From: a virus
Strand: one strand, 5' to 3'
Length of the DNA: 64,000 nucleotides
Virus record (IMG/VR): IMGVR_UViG_3300017774_003070
Coordinates: 39,830 to 103,829 of that record
Within the stretch, counting starts at the first letter, position 1, and every line of letters begins with the position of its first letter. The notes below the pieces were generated by a model that worked only from the letters and a program-made list of their open reading frames with translations, did no database searches and was not told where the DNA came from. Shown here piece by piece: positions 63,226 through 64,000 of the stretch. Position numbers and translations under genes: made by a program.

Positions 63226-63762
63226 TTAAATTGACAGTGCAAAGATGAAGTCAGCAAGTTCTTTGGACTCTCTCAAGCCTTTACCAAACCGTTCTTTAAG
63301 CCATTTGACACCTTGTAGTTTATTACCATACTTGTAGTCGTCTATGAATTCTCCAGTGTCAATCATACTCAGTTCGTAATCAGAGAAAGCATGAACATTG
63401 TAGCTACCAGAGCTTTTGTATTTAGTAATCCAACTTGGTGTAGTAATTTCAGTTACAATCCAAGGCTCATCTGCATTGACGTATTCAAAATGCCCCATAT
63501 CTTTTTCACTCACTTCAATCTCAAATTTGCGAGTTTTCACAGGCTCGAAGAAGTCGGTGTTAGAGAATGGGATGAAGGCAATTACTCCATGTGCATTAGA
63601 TTCAAAGATTTCTCCTTTTTCGATGCTGGAAATTATTCCATTTTGAGAAGTTGAAAATTTAGCTTTGTATTTCATGGTTTTGAATTTTAGTAGTTGAGTA
63701 TCACAATTCACCTTTAGTTCTGAGTAGCGAGTAAGCTTGAGCAAATAATACTTTACTGTCAA
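63226..63762 (-). CDS. Hypothetical protein with C-terminal L7/L12-like motif
   Basis: NKLQGVKWLKERFGKGLRESKELAD resembles the ribosomal L7/L12 CTD pattern K..A.K..RE..GLGL.EAK..VD; probable start MKYKAK. Confidence 0.5.
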   Translation of the reverse strand: MTVKYYLLKLTRYSELKVNCDTQLLKFKTMKYKAKFSTSQNGIISSIEKGEIFESNAHGVIAFIPFSNTDFFEPVKTRKFEIEVSEKDMGHFEYVNADEPWIVTEITTPSWITKYKSSGSYNVHAFSDYELSMIDTGEFIDDYKYGNKLQGVKWLKERFGKGLRESKELADFIFALSI

Positions 63763-63955
63763 GAATTTCAGAATGAGTCTTTTGCTTACACCATTCTTTT
63801 TTCAAGTAAGTTATCTTATTATTTACGTAAGCTTTACCTTTTTCAGCTAACCATTCACAAGCAAGAGTATAATCAGCGTCTCGTATCAATTGATCTCTAA
63901 GCTTACTCTCCCTTGCTTGAACAGCTTCTTTTTCGGTATGGTACTTATCATACAT
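63701..63955 (-). CDS. Hypothetical protein
   Basis: Co-directional ORF. Confidence 0.4.
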   Translation of the reverse strand: MYDKYHTEKEAVQARESKLRDQLIRDADYTLACEWLAEKGKAYVNNKITYLKKEWCKQKTHSEILDSKVLFAQAYSLLRTKGEL

Positions 63956-64000
63956 GTAAAATGGTTCAGTCCAACCACGAGTCTTGTAGCAGTCACAGTC

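Noticed and set aside
1-64000. Stop-codon reassignment as seen in some crAss-like phages
   Set aside because: Very long genes are intact under the standard code, TAA/TAG/TGA all end genes, and no clear suppressor tRNA was found.
1-64000. CRISPR array, integrase, IS element, diversity-generating retroelement
   Set aside because: No regularly spaced repeats, recombinase, transposase or reverse transcriptase motifs were seen by eye.

Overview
This window is most of a crAss-like (Crassvirales-type) phage genome, in the standard genetic code, with a probable Bacteroidota host. Host evidence is TAnnTTTG promoters, an EAD11 domain and Gln-start signal peptides. The + strand (1-27053) holds the tail/virion-cargo module: ring and muzzle proteins, a 3166-aa virion RNA polymerase with the RxP...DFDID motifs, and a large polyvalent cargo protein. 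A short accessory + block follows (RepL-like protein, GIY-YIG-like nuclease), with a strand switch near 29800. The - strand arm holds replication and early genes: PolA, SF2 and DnaB-like helicases, primase, SSB-like, ERF, RecE-like exonuclease, resolvase, RNA ligase, nucleotide hydrolases and many small ORFs. Capsid, portal and terminase genes were not recognised here. Four features stand out. (1) Three tRNA-derived RNAs have remodelled anticodon arms; one 186-nt CCA-ending tRNA has its anticodon loop replaced by a second, circularly permuted (YrlA-like) tRNA elbow. They lie among other highly structured intergenic RNAs. (2) A complete phage-encoded ubiquitin-like conjugation operon (Ubl-E2-JAB-E1/ThiF). 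(3) Two candidate host mimics: an EAD11 protein and a GGQ-less release-factor domain. (4) GG-motif-delimited modules in virion cargo proteins. All calls come from motif recognition and manual folding; no database searches were run.
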